DNA of 64,000 bases from an uncultured delta proteobacterium (GCA_963755125.1 CAVWIP010000010.1:1-64000), one strand, 5' to 3'; counted from the first letter of the stretch, positions 21,761 through 33,862 are shown. Made by a program: numbers and translations. Notes: a model not told the origin generated them from the sequence alone.

Positions 21761-22261
21761 GTGGCACTCACGCTTCGAATCGGCCAACAGGCCGTCTATC
21801 CTTCGCGCGGCATTGCTGATGTCGTGAGCGTCGAGAAGCGAGAAATCGGCGGCAAGGTGCAAAGTTTCTACGTCCTGCGACTGGCCAGCTCCGATCTCAA
21901 AATCCTGGTTCACGTCGACAAGGCCGAGCAGGTTGGCATCCGGCCGGTTGCTGGTGCCCAGGAGGTGGACGAGGTTCTGCAGATCCTGCGTGAGAAGGCC
22001 GTCAGCTTCGAACGCCACCCCTGGAATCGCCGCTACCGCGCCTACATGGACAAGATCAAATCGGGCTCGCTCTTCGAGGTGGCGGAAGTATTCCGCGACC
22101 TCCACCGGCTGAAGAAGACCAAGTCACTCTCCTTTGGCGAGCGCCGCATGCTGGACACCGCGCGCGGCTTGGTGTCGCAGGAGTTGTCGGCGGCCCGTTC
22201 CGTCGATCGGGCCACGGTCGAGAGAGAACTCGATTCGGTGCTCAACGAGGGCCAAGCGTAG
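21761..22261 (+). CDS. CarD/CdnL family RNA polymerase-binding regulator
   Basis: IGQQAVYPSRGIA, FYVLRL, WNRRYRAYMDKIKSGS, SLSFGERRMLD; AAGGAG RBS before GTG 21761. Confidence 0.9.
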   Translation: MALTLRIGQQAVYPSRGIADVVSVEKREIGGKVQSFYVLRLASSDLKILVHVDKAEQVGIRPVAGAQEVDEVLQILREKAVSFERHPWNRRYRAYMDKIKSGSLFEVAEVFRDLHRLKKTKSLSFGERRMLDTARGLVSQELSAARSVDRATVERELDSVLNEGQA

Positions 22262-24496
<2,235 letters not shown>

Positions 24497-24657
24497 ATCT
24501 CAGCGCGCGAGTTGCCGAAACCATCGCGACGTGCCATTCTCACCCCGTGGCTCGCGCCTGGAGTTCTTCTGACCATGGCTGCGTGGGCTGCGTTCTTCTT
24601 TCCGTGAGTTTCCTGAAGATGATTCTGGCTGGCTGGCAGATAGAGAGGTCTTGATTC

Positions 24658-25269
24658 ATGGGGATGAGCATCGGCCTGCTTAGCCTCGCGGACGCCAACA
24701 TCGCCCGGGTTGTCAAGTCGCCGTCCCTGGCCTGGCGTCTCATCGCGCCCGAGAGTCCCGGGTTGGCCGGAGTCACGCAGGAGAAACCCGCGAAAACTGC
24801 CACACGCGGCAAGAAGACCGCCGGTGCCCGGCAGGCGAAGGCGAAGGTCGTGCCCGCGCTCAAGTTGGACGCCAACGAGGGCGCGCGCTGCGATCTCGAG
24901 AGGTCGTGGCACGGAATCCACTACCTGCTCACCGGCAGCGCCTGGGAGGGCGAGCCGCCGCTCGATTTTCTGGTCGATGGCGGGCGTCAGGTGGGCCGGA
25001 TTGACCCCGAGCACGGGCCGGTGCGCGCTTTCTGCGCGGATGATGCCCGCACCATTTACGAAAGCATGTCCGGCATGAGCCCCTATGAACTGCGCAAGCG
25101 ATTCAACGCCCGCGACATGGCCACCAAGGAGATCTACCCCGACATCTGGACCCGTTCCGTTCTCGAGGAGGACTCGCTCAGGTATCTGATGGACAACCTG
25201 GACAAACTGCGGGCCTTCCTGCGCCAGACCGTCGAGGCGCAACTCGGGTTTCTGGTGTTTCTCGTCTAG
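24658..25269 (+). CDS. YfbM/DUF1877 family protein
   Basis: MGMSI start, DLERSWHGIHYLLTG, HGPVR, EIYPDIW, YLMDNLDKLRAF. Confidence 0.85.
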   Translation: MGMSIGLLSLADANIARVVKSPSLAWRLIAPESPGLAGVTQEKPAKTATRGKKTAGARQAKAKVVPALKLDANEGARCDLERSWHGIHYLLTGSAWEGEPPLDFLVDGGRQVGRIDPEHGPVRAFCADDARTIYESMSGMSPYELRKRFNARDMATKEIYPDIWTRSVLEEDSLRYLMDNLDKLRAFLRQTVEAQLGFLVFLV

Positions 25270-25294
25270 CCCGGGCGGGTCTTCCCGCCAGCCA

Positions 25295-26470
25295 TCACTT
25301 GGGGTCGACGGGGTGCAGGCCGTCGGAATCGATGCCATGCAGATAGTAGGTCGGATCGGTCGTGAAGATGGTGAAGATGCCGATGAACATGACCAGCAAG
25401 CGGATGAAGACCGGCTTGTTGCCGTACACGGTTTCCAGGCGGCGCTTGCGTAGCTTGTCGTCCGGCTCGGCAAAGTGTTCGAGGAAGCTGCCATCGAGCA
25501 GACCGCCTCGCTCCTTGCGGGTCACCGCCGCGATGCCGCCCGCTGCGCAGTACTCCATGATCTCCAGAACCAGCTGCCGGCGCGACTGACAGTTCGCGAT
25601 GGCCGACGTCAGCAAGGCAACCGCTGCCCACTCGGCCTGCGCCCGCCCCACAGCCGAAAGGGCGGCAAAGAGTGTGTTGGTGACGTCGTCGAGTTGGTCC
25701 AAACGCTGCTGGCGGAGCATGCTCATGAGAACGACATTCTTGAATAGCTGCGAGATGAGGAGCACGCAGGCCTCGCTGTCAGGTGCGCTGGCCGCATCCT
25801 GGGGACGCAACTGGTAGTTGGGCACGAAGAGCACGCCGAAGGCCGTCTCGAAGAAATCGTGCTGGTCGGTCGGTGGCCGCTGCACGGCGATGTCCATGGT
25901 GTTGTCCAGCCGGTCCGCCAGCTTGCAGTGCAAAATGTCTGGCATCTCGGACGCCTTGCCCAGCACCTGGCCCAGGTACTGGTAGTAGGTCTGGGTCTGG
26001 CGGCGGCGCAGAAGCGCGATGCGCTCACCCAGAAACCAGCGATGGTCGGCGTCAATCTTGGCGAGAACGCGGGCGAACTCCGCTTGCACCCGACTCCACT
26101 CCTCGGTGCCCAGCTCCTCAGCGGTCAGGTCCTCCTCTTTGTCGTGCAGAAGCGCACCCAGCAGGTCGAGAATGCCGGGCTCTGGCATGATGCGCGCGAG
26201 CATGGCGGCGGTGCGCAGGCAGTGCAACACGGCCGCGGGACCGCTCTTGCGTCGACGCTCGCCGTACGCGCTGCGAAGGTAGCTCAGGGTTTCGAGCAGC
26301 GGGGCGTGGTCGGACACCCGCGCGGGCCCGAGAATCACGCGCAACAAAGCACCCAAGTCGATCTTGCGAGCAGAAAGGTGCCAGTTGATGGTGGCAGAAA
26401 GGGCTAGGTGGCTTTCCACCGTGATCCTGGAACGTGCCGCGTCCGGCCCGGAGATGATCCCGGACATCAT
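25295..26470 (-). CDS. HD-domain protein related to the RelA/SpoT/Mesh1 (p)ppGpp hydrolase domain, with C-terminal extension
   Basis: RRKSGPAAVLHC, GALLHDKEED, CKLADRLDN; GAGGAGG RBS before ATG 26470/26467. Confidence 0.7.
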   Translation of the reverse strand: MMSGIISGPDAARSRITVESHLALSATINWHLSARKIDLGALLRVILGPARVSDHAPLLETLSYLRSAYGERRRKSGPAAVLHCLRTAAMLARIMPEPGILDLLGALLHDKEEDLTAEELGTEEWSRVQAEFARVLAKIDADHRWFLGERIALLRRRQTQTYYQYLGQVLGKASEMPDILHCKLADRLDNTMDIAVQRPPTDQHDFFETAFGVLFVPNYQLRPQDAASAPDSEACVLLISQLFKNVVLMSMLRQQRLDQLDDVTNTLFAALSAVGRAQAEWAAVALLTSAIANCQSRRQLVLEIMEYCAAGGIAAVTRKERGGLLDGSFLEHFAEPDDKLRKRRLETVYGNKPVFIRLLVMFIGIFTIFTTDPTYYLHGIDSDGLHPVDPK

Positions 26471-26934
26471 CGAAAGGTTCCTCCTCGGGCGCGGGTCAGA
26501 ACACCACCCTTGGGCGAATACAACTGCGGATCCACCGCGCCATTTTCTCCCGGAAGAATACGCGCAACCAGCCTTGCGAGCCAGCGTGCGCGGTAGCCGC
26601 CATACAGCACGTGGAGTCTTGCACCCCTGAAGCCTCACTCGGCATCTCTTCTATGAATGCTCGCGTTCGCTCGTCCCCAATTCACCATGGGCCATCTTCC
26701 GGCTTTCCCACCACATGGTGGCCAAGTACCGCGTGCGCTTGGCGAAATAGCGGGTTGAAGGACGCCGGCACTTCCTAATGCGGAAGGCAAGAAAGCGGAA
26801 CGGCTTCTCCCGCGCGCGTGCGAGAATGGGCGCGCATGAAGAAGGGTTGGCTCGACCGCACCACCGTGCTGGTTGTGTCGCTATGCCGGCGAACCAGGGC
26901 GAGCCATGCCGCTGGGGACGGCCGCGACGACAGC

Positions 26935-28917
26935 ATGGCTGATCGATTCGACTTCAGCGCGGGTTTCGACCGCGCCGATGTCCTTAGCCTGGTGGTCCTG
27001 TGGGCTACTGCTGCCGTGGTGGCCGCGCCGCTGCTCTTCGGCGGGTGGGCCACCTATCTCGACAATCCCATCCATATCGCCGAGATCAAGGATCTGTCGC
27101 GTGCCGAATTCAACGGGTGGTCCGACATCGGCCAGTGCGGATTGCCGCTCGGATCTCTCCATTCGCCGCTTTGGTACGGCCTGCTTGCTTGGCTCTACCG
27201 CTATGGTGTTCCGCTGCGCCTGCTCTACTCCGGAATGCTTGTGTGCGCCTTCGCGGCGCCTGCCAGCGCGGTGTACCTCGTGGCACGACGCCGGCTCGGA
27301 CCTTTTCCGTCCTGCGCGCTGGCTTACCTGTTGCTGGTCCAGTTTCCCGCCAGCACGGGCATCGCGTCCGCTTTAGGCGGCATGTCATCCTTCTATTTGG
27401 CCACGGCGGCTCTGGTTCTCTTGCTCGACGCGCTCGCGCGTCGGGAACGTCATCCAGGCATCGCGCTGCGAATCGCCGCCTTGACGGCGGTGGTGGGCCT
27501 ATCGCACAGCTTCTTCTTCGCGATCCTTGCCGTGGTCGCGCTCCTGCACGGGGCACAATCCTTGGTGCACAAGCAACTGGGCCGCTGCTTGCGCTGGGAT
27601 GTTCCCGCGCTCGCGATGGGGGTCGGCGGCGCCGCAGTCTATTGGCTTCCCCTGGTTCTCATGCGCCACTGGCTGGTGCCGACCTCCTCTAACCTTCCCG
27701 CCCGCTCGGTCCTTGCGCTGCTGTTGTTTCCCATCGACGTCCTCGAATTGCGGATCCACTCGGCCTTTTCCGCCGCCGTTTCGCTACAAACCGTCCCGAT
27801 GATTCTTCTCGCGGTCGCGGGCGTTGCGGGCACCCTGGCTTGTGTGCTGCGCCCCGAGCACCGCGAGGACAACCAGGTCCTAGCTGTGTTGCTGGGCTGG
27901 CTCATCTTGCTCTTGCTGACCCTGGTCGTGTCCGGAACCAACGCCACCTGGTTGGGACCGCTGAGCTGGAGGCTTCTCTATCTGACCAGAGTCGGCTTCG
28001 CGCTGGCCGGGATCGCGCTTCTGGCGGAACGCGCCTGGGCGCCAGCCCGGCTGCGGCCGAAGACCGCTGGCCTGCTCGGCGTGCTTGCCATATCCATGGG
28101 CGCTTGTTGGGGCCAGCCGGTAGCGCGTATGACACCTCTGCCGGCGGACCCCGCCATGCGGGATGCCGATCACCTGTGGGCGTGGCTGCGCGCGAACCGG
28201 GAAGCCACGTGGGGCCGGGTCTTGATCCAGGACACGTTCTGGTCGGTTGACCAGTCGTCCCCCCTCTTTTGGAGCCACCTGCTGGCCCGCACCAGCGACG
28301 AAGCCGGCGTGCAGCAGGTGGGTCCCTACTACTCGGCGCTGCCGTTTCCCACCAACGCCTGGGCGCGGAGCGAGTTTTCGAGATTACTGGGTGTTGTTGT
28401 TACGGACGCGGACTCTCTCCGGTTGCTCAAGGTCCGAATGGCAGCGGCAGACGCGACTCACGCCGTGTTCTCCACGCCTTGGGCTGAGTCGCAAGTGAAC
28501 GACGACCCAGAGTTCACGTTTCTACATCGCGTGGGCCCCTTCTCCGTGTACCAGTTTCGCGCAGGACGTTCGCGTCCCGCCCTGCCCGTCAACGGCATAC
28601 TCGCAACTGCTGCGAGGGACGGCCCCGGGCACATCCGCGTCGAGACGAACGGTCGCCAAGGCGGAACCGTTGTGCTGGCTGAGTCGTATCACCCCTTCTG
28701 GACCGTCCAGGGAGCGAAAGATGTCGAATTGGATATGCTGGACGTGGGTCTCATGCGACTGCGCGTTCCATCCGGGCGCCACCAGATCCGGCTCGATTAC
28801 CTGCCGCCTCATCTGCCCGCGGTTCTGTCAGCGGCCGTCGGGATCGTGCTGGGCCTAGCCTGGCTGTGGCTGCGCCTTCGCCGTGTGCTGGCTGCGCGGC
28901 GGCGGGTGGGGACGTGA
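26935..28917 (+). CDS. Polytopic membrane protein, probable GT-C/YfhO-like glycosyltransferase
   Basis: DNPIH after the first TM, about 10 TMs, C-terminal VVLAESYHPFW..LMRLRVPSGRHQIRLDY.P plus a final TM as in YfhO-like proteins. Confidence 0.6.
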   Translation: MADRFDFSAGFDRADVLSLVVLWATAAVVAAPLLFGGWATYLDNPIHIAEIKDLSRAEFNGWSDIGQCGLPLGSLHSPLWYGLLAWLYRYGVPLRLLYSGMLVCAFAAPASAVYLVARRRLGPFPSCALAYLLLVQFPASTGIASALGGMSSFYLATAALVLLLDALARRERHPGIALRIAALTAVVGLSHSFFFAILAVVALLHGAQSLVHKQLGRCLRWDVPALAMGVGGAAVYWLPLVLMRHWLVPTSSNLPARSVLALLLFPIDVLELRIHSAFSAAVSLQTVPMILLAVAGVAGTLACVLRPEHREDNQVLAVLLGWLILLLLTLVVSGTNATWLGPLSWRLLYLTRVGFALAGIALLAERAWAPARLRPKTAGLLGVLAISMGACWGQPVARMTPLPADPAMRDADHLWAWLRANREATWGRVLIQDTFWSVDQSSPLFWSHLLARTSDEAGVQQVGPYYSALPFPTNAWARSEFSRLLGVVVTDADSLRLLKVRMAAADATHAVFSTPWAESQVNDDPEFTFLHRVGPFSVYQFRAGRSRPALPVNGILATAARDGPGHIRVETNGRQGGTVVLAESYHPFWTVQGAKDVELDMLDVGLMRLRVPSGRHQIRLDYLPPHLPAVLSAAVGIVLGLAWLWLRLRRVLAARRRVGT

Positions 28918-28972
28918 CCCCTGAGCGACGCCGCGCCCAGCTTGGGTTCCACGTGCGGTAGGATGCCATCCC

Positions 28973-30811
28973 ATGCTTGTCGACCGCCGCATGCTGGCCT
29001 GGTTCGCCATACCGGCGCTTGCCGCGCTCGCCTACGGACCGACCCTGGGCAACCCGCTTGCCTACGACGATCTCCCTGCCATCAAAGACAATGCGTTCAT
29101 CCGGCAACTCGACCTGATCCCATTGCTCTTCCATGGCGGCCTCACCAGCAACGGCTTCGCCAATGGTCAGTTCAGGCCCTTGACCATCCTCACGTTCTCT
29201 CTCAACTACATCCTGGCCGGTGAAGCCCCCTTCCCGTTCCGCCTGATCAATCTACTTCTTCACGCGGCGAACGCGCTGCTGGGCGCCGCGCTGTTACGGC
29301 GGCTTCTCTTGGCCTTTCCGGTCAGCAATCGTTCTTCGGTGACAAGCAAGGCGACGGCATGGGCAGCGGCCATCCTGGCTGGCTGCGTATTCGTGGTTCA
29401 CCCCATCAACTCCCTGGCCGTTCTCCTCATCTGGAAACGAGCCACACTCCTCGCCACCTTCTTCTCGCTGACGGCTGCGATCTGTCTGCTGCGCCTGCGC
29501 GAGCAGAATGAGGACGGCCGCCCTGCTCGCCACCCATGGCTCCTCTGCCTGGGAATCTGGATTTCGCAGGCCTTCGCGGTGGCGTCCAAGGAGACGGCGA
29601 TCGTGCTGCCGGCCACGCTCCTGCTCCTCGACGTTTGGCCCGGGTTCCGAAGATCCTGGCGAGAACTCGCACGCGTCCACCTGCCCTTGTGGTCGATCGC
29701 TGTGGCGACGGCGGTCTTCTTCCTTGTCAGAATTGGCTCCCTGTCCGCGATGTCTCCCCTGGTCTACTTGGGCACGCAGGCGAAGGCGGTCTGGAGGTAC
29801 CTCGCGATGGTGTTTGCGCCTTCATTGCTCTCGACGGTGTATGAGATCAAGCCTGCGGACCGAAACGACGCCCTGGCCTGGCTGGGAGCCGCTGGGATTC
29901 TCGCCCTGCTGGTGGGTGCAGTGTGGCTGGCGCGTCGTTTTCCCTTTCCGGCCCTTGCGGTGATCTGGTGTGCCATCGCGGTCGCCCCCACCAGCAGTCT
30001 GATTCCGATTCCTCTGCTTGTGGACGAGGATCGTGTCTACCTGGCGTTCTTTCCCCTGTGGGGCATCCTCGCGGTCGGTGCTGTCCGCTTGGCGGACCGA
30101 CGGTCCGTTCTGCTACGACGGGCGGTCGCGGCGGGCATCGCGCTCGCTGTTCTGCTGGCAGGCGGGTACACCCTGGCTCGAGGCGCGCTGTGGTCGGACC
30201 CTGAGTTATTGTGGTTCGAGGCATGCAAGAGAGCGCCAGGCTCCGCGACCGCGGCGGTGAACTACTGCGCGGCTCTTACGGAAAGACCCGACATGCGACG
30301 GTTGGCGATCGCGGCGTGCGAAAACGCGAACCGGCGTTTCCCGGAAGACCAATTGGTCAAGATGAATCTGGTTACGATCTACGTCGCCGTCGGGGCCATC
30401 GACAAAGCCGACGCCCTCGTCGCTTCGGCGCTGAAGACTGACGAAGGGTCACCGCAGTTCGAGCGCCTCGCGGGCCACCTGGCTTGGGCCAAGGGGCGAC
30501 CTGCGGAAGCCATCACCCACTACCAACGCGCTTTGCAGCGGTTGCCCCTGAATCTGGAAATTGCGATCTATCTCGCACGAAGCTACGCCGAGATTGGCCG
30601 CACGGGCGAGGCGCGCGACCTGGCCGGCCAAATTGACCGCTGGACCATGCCCAATGACGCCAGCCAGCGGCTGTCGCTGGCCGAACTCCATCATGCTATC
30701 GGCTGGCAAGAGCGCGCCTGCAAGGAGTACGAGGAACTGCGTCGCTTGGGCTCGGGCCAATTGAGCGCGAACCGGGACTGGGCAGCGCTGCAGGCCGCTT
30801 GTGTCCACTGA
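28973..30811 (+). CDS. TMTC-like GT-C membrane glycosyltransferase with TPRs
   Basis: NPLAYDD, FRPLT..FSLNY, NLLLHAAN, FVVHPI, SKET, EDRVYL, C-terminal TPRs. Confidence 0.78.
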   Translation: MLVDRRMLAWFAIPALAALAYGPTLGNPLAYDDLPAIKDNAFIRQLDLIPLLFHGGLTSNGFANGQFRPLTILTFSLNYILAGEAPFPFRLINLLLHAANALLGAALLRRLLLAFPVSNRSSVTSKATAWAAAILAGCVFVVHPINSLAVLLIWKRATLLATFFSLTAAICLLRLREQNEDGRPARHPWLLCLGIWISQAFAVASKETAIVLPATLLLLDVWPGFRRSWRELARVHLPLWSIAVATAVFFLVRIGSLSAMSPLVYLGTQAKAVWRYLAMVFAPSLLSTVYEIKPADRNDALAWLGAAGILALLVGAVWLARRFPFPALAVIWCAIAVAPTSSLIPIPLLVDEDRVYLAFFPLWGILAVGAVRLADRRSVLLRRAVAAGIALAVLLAGGYTLARGALWSDPELLWFEACKRAPGSATAAVNYCAALTERPDMRRLAIAACENANRRFPEDQLVKMNLVTIYVAVGAIDKADALVASALKTDEGSPQFERLAGHLAWAKGRPAEAITHYQRALQRLPLNLEIAIYLARSYAEIGRTGEARDLAGQIDRWTMPNDASQRLSLAELHHAIGWQERACKEYEELRRLGSGQLSANRDWAALQAACVH

Positions 30812-30871
30812 AGAACAACGGCGGGTAGCCGGCCGCCTTCGCGCCCAGGCTTGCGACCAGTTCGCGCCGGC

Positions 30872-32065
30872 CTACAGCCTTTTCTTGAACAAATCGCCCA
30901 GCGTGCCCAGCCGTGCGGGCGCGCGAGCCGCGTCCAGATCCTCCTGCGACACCACATCGGCGCGCTCACCCACGCCCAGCGAGATGCGACGCCGCTCTCG
31001 ATCCAGCGCCAGCACGGTCACCTCCAGCGTGGCACCCACCTTGGTCAACTCGCGCGCGTTGCGCACGGGCTTGCCGCCCGACAACTCGCCAATATGAACC
31101 AAGCCTTCGATCCCCGGCGCCAGCTCGACGAAGGCGCCGAAGGCTTCGACCCGCGTGACCCGGCCCGAGACCCTGGTTCCCGACGGAAACTGCGTGGCCA
31201 CGTCCTCCCATGGATCCCGCTCCAGCGATTTGAGCGAGAGCGAAATGCGCTCGGGTCGTCTGGGATCGTCGGTCTTCTCGATCCGCAAAATCTGGACCTC
31301 CAGGTTTTGGCCGAGCGACAGCCGGTCAGCGGGCCGCGCGCCGCGGGAGAATCCCAGCTCGGACGCAGGCAGCATGCCCTCGACCCCGCCCAGGTCGATG
31401 AACGCGCCAAAATCCTTGAGTGCGACCACCACGCCCGGCAAGACCGCGCCCGGCACCAGCTTGGCGCGAATCTTGTCGGCGCGCGCGCGGGCCTCGGCTT
31501 CCAGCAACGCCCGCCGCGAGACCACCAGATTGTCACCGCGCCGGTCCACATCGTAGCGCGTGACCCGGAACTCCAGCTTGCGGCCCACGTATGCGCTGGC
31601 ATCTTCCACGTGACGCATTTCTAGCTGCGAAATGGGACAAAAACCGCGCACTCCTGCCACCAACACCTCGACACCCCCTTTGTTCACACCAGTGACCGTC
31701 CCTTCCACGGCAAGACCCAGTTGCGCCGCCTGTTGCAGCTCTGCCTTGGCCTCGGGACCGCGCGCCACCGCGCTACGGCGCAAGACCACGCAACCAGACT
31801 TGCCCATGCTCTCCACCACGCGCGCCTCGATCTCGTCGCCCACTCTCACCGTCAGGTTGCCGTCCTGGTCGCGCAACTGCTGCAGGTCAATCATGCCCTC
31901 GCTCTTGCCGCCCGCTAGCTCCACGAAGGCGGCTTCGTGGCCGAAAGAAACAACGCGGCCACGCACCGAATCACCCACCCGCACTTCGCGCTCGGCTCCT
32001 TGCGCGTCCCTGCTTTCGAACTCTTGCAAAAGTGCGGCGAAATCTTCTTCTTGCGGTGGCTTCAT
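30872..32065 (-). CDS. S1 RNA-binding domain protein (short RpsA paralog, four S1 repeats)
   Basis: EDFAALL, KSEGMI, GFCPISQ, DFGAFIDLGGVEG, AFGAFVELAPGIEGLVH, LGTLGDL; AAGAGGA RBS before 32065. Confidence 0.88.
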   Translation of the reverse strand: MKPPQEEDFAALLQEFESRDAQGAEREVRVGDSVRGRVVSFGHEAAFVELAGGKSEGMIDLQQLRDQDGNLTVRVGDEIEARVVESMGKSGCVVLRRSAVARGPEAKAELQQAAQLGLAVEGTVTGVNKGGVEVLVAGVRGFCPISQLEMRHVEDASAYVGRKLEFRVTRYDVDRRGDNLVVSRRALLEAEARARADKIRAKLVPGAVLPGVVVALKDFGAFIDLGGVEGMLPASELGFSRGARPADRLSLGQNLEVQILRIEKTDDPRRPERISLSLKSLERDPWEDVATQFPSGTRVSGRVTRVEAFGAFVELAPGIEGLVHIGELSGGKPVRNARELTKVGATLEVTVLALDRERRRISLGVGERADVVSQEDLDAARAPARLGTLGDLFKKRL

Positions 32066-32267
32066 TGTCCTCTTCATACCATCACGCAGGCGTGCTTGCC
32101 GGCCTTCAGGCGCGGCGCGCACCGGCGCATGACTGATTCGAGATGCAACTCCTTCACCGAGGCAGGGCGATGTGGTCTATGCTGACGTCTTGCCTGGCTC
32201 AGCCGAAGGCCCGAAGAACGAACGGTATGGTTGTCGTCTCGCGTTCAAGCGGCCGGCAGGAGAACCG

Positions 32268-32552
32268 ATGATAAAAGCAATGGGTCGGACGAAAACGCGT
32301 CCGGTGTCGCGCAGAAGTACCGGCGTGCCTGTGCCCGTCCACCGGCTCGATCAAACCCACGAGGTCCCCGCCGTCTCACGCGAGAGTGGGAAGGTGTGCG
32401 CGAGGGCGCCAAGCGCCGCTCCCCAGCAGGTGATCCCCATCGAAGAAACCGTGCCGGTCCAGTCCTGCATCGAGCGCACGCTCCTGCACGAGGCCCTGCG
32501 CCAGCAGTCAGCCGAGAAGGACGAAGAGCACAGGAACGGCAAGGGACGGTAG
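32268..32552 (+). CDS. Small hypothetical protein (94 aa)
   Basis: AGGAG RBS before ATG 32268; fills an otherwise empty interval; no recognised motif. Confidence 0.4.
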   Translation: MIKAMGRTKTRPVSRRSTGVPVPVHRLDQTHEVPAVSRESGKVCARAPSAAPQQVIPIEETVPVQSCIERTLLHEALRQQSAEKDEEHRNGKGR

Positions 32553-32568
32553 TGCGGCTCAAATGATC

Positions 32569-32646
32569 TGGGAACCCTAAGAGGGATCCCATTCCCTCGC
32601 GCGATGGTGCGCGGCGAGCATAGCTCCCCGGCTCCCCACGCGACTA
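32569..32646 (-). repeat. Palindromic repeat element, copy 3 (intergenic, upstream of PadR)
   Basis: Minus strand TAGTCGCGTGGGGAGC CGGGGAGC TAT GCTCGCCG C GCACCATCGCGCGAGGG...AGGGTTCCCA aligns without gaps to the 5' part of the ligA insert. Confidence 0.88.
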
Positions 32647-32647
32647 A

Positions 32648-32675
32648 TTGCAAGGTCAGCCGGGACGGGTAATCT
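32648..32675 (+). promoter_or_regulatory. Sigma70-type promoter of the PadR gene, probably leaderless
   Basis: TTGCAA-16 nt-TAATCT-6 nt-ATG(32682), no SD. Confidence 0.6.
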
Positions 32676-32681
32676 ACTAGC

Positions 32682-32984
32682 ATGCCCACGGCGCTGACCC
32701 CTCAGGCGGCCCTTCTGCGCGTTCTCATAACCGGTGAAGGGTACGCGCTGGATCTCATGCGACGCATAAGCGAATGGACGAATGGCAAAATGTTGCTCGA
32801 CGACCAGGCCTTCTATCCCGCCATGCGCGCGCTCGAGACCCACAGCTTGGTCGAGAGCTACATGAGCGAGCCCAGTGGTCAGCGCGGCGGACAGCCGCGC
32901 CGCTACTACAAGCTCACCGCCGCGGGCCAGAAGGCGGCGCTGGAAGTGCTGACCGCGTCGCTGACCGGCAAGGTTGTGTTCTGA
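32682..32984 (+). CDS. PadR family transcriptional regulator
   Basis: GEGYALDL, AFYPAMRALE, GGQPRRYYKLTAAG. Confidence 0.88.
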   Translation: MPTALTPQAALLRVLITGEGYALDLMRRISEWTNGKMLLDDQAFYPAMRALETHSLVESYMSEPSGQRGGQPRRYYKLTAAGQKAALEVLTASLTGKVVF

Positions 32985-32993
32985 GATCTGGGC

Positions 32994-33671
32994 TCACTTG
33001 CCCACCAGGAAAAAGGCCGCCAGCGCCGCAGCCCCGGCGGCCAGGACAGCCACGACCACGACGAGAATCGTTTTGTTCGATCGGGCGGGGATGGCAGCTT
33101 CATCGGCCGCGATGTCATCCCTGACTGGGACGCGCTTGGCGGTGCGGGCGATTCGCGCGGATGTCGCCGGCCGAGCCGTGCCCGCCGCAGTCGGCCGCGC
33201 CGGTGCAATCCCGCTTGCGCGGGCAACCTCAGGCGCGCGCGCGGCATCGCCCAGCGTGGGGCGCGCCCCGGGCAGGGGTGCGTCGCCGACGGTGAACTGG
33301 AACTCGAACTGATCGAAGAAACTCTTCAGCTTCCTTGTCATCTCGTCGTACTGGGCGGGCGTGACGGGGAAGCTGCCAGCGCGAAAGCGTTTCTTGTAGG
33401 TGTCGGCCACCGAGGCATAGGGGCGCAACTCGACCAGATGGTCGAGTTGGTAGGCAGTTCCGATGACCACGGTGGGACCGCCGCCCTCGGGCACGATCGA
33501 CACGTGCTGCATGGCCAGGCGGCCTCCGTCGGTGGACTCCTCGGTCGGCGCCGACAATTCCAGTCGGCAGATCACCGGCCCCACGATGGGCTCCTTGCCA
33601 ACGGTGTACTTGAACACCTCGGCCAGGGCCACCGACTTGCCCGCATACACGGTGAACTTGCCGTCTTCCAT
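32994..33671 (-). CDS. Hypothetical protein with C-terminal membrane anchor
   Basis: Globular N-terminus, Ala/Pro/Arg linker, C-terminal hydrophobic helix; TATAAT upstream. Confidence 0.7.
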   Translation of the reverse strand: MEDGKFTVYAGKSVALAEVFKYTVGKEPIVGPVICRLELSAPTEESTDGGRLAMQHVSIVPEGGGPTVVIGTAYQLDHLVELRPYASVADTYKKRFRAGSFPVTPAQYDEMTRKLKSFFDQFEFQFTVGDAPLPGARPTLGDAARAPEVARASGIAPARPTAAGTARPATSARIARTAKRVPVRDDIAADEAAIPARSNKTILVVVVAVLAAGAAALAAFFLVGK

Positions 33672-33862
33672 GCAATGCTCCGATTATAGCTGCGATCGGC
33701 GGAGTACCACCAGGCTCACCTCGGCGGTCACGGCGAAAAACTGAAGCGTGGGCGGACGCAGGGCCCAACCAGTCTCACGGGCAAGCCTCGCACCCGGCTG
33801 GCTTGCTGCTCAAAAGTAACCTCACCGCCATGCAGGCATCCAAAAGTCAGGGTAGCCCGAAG

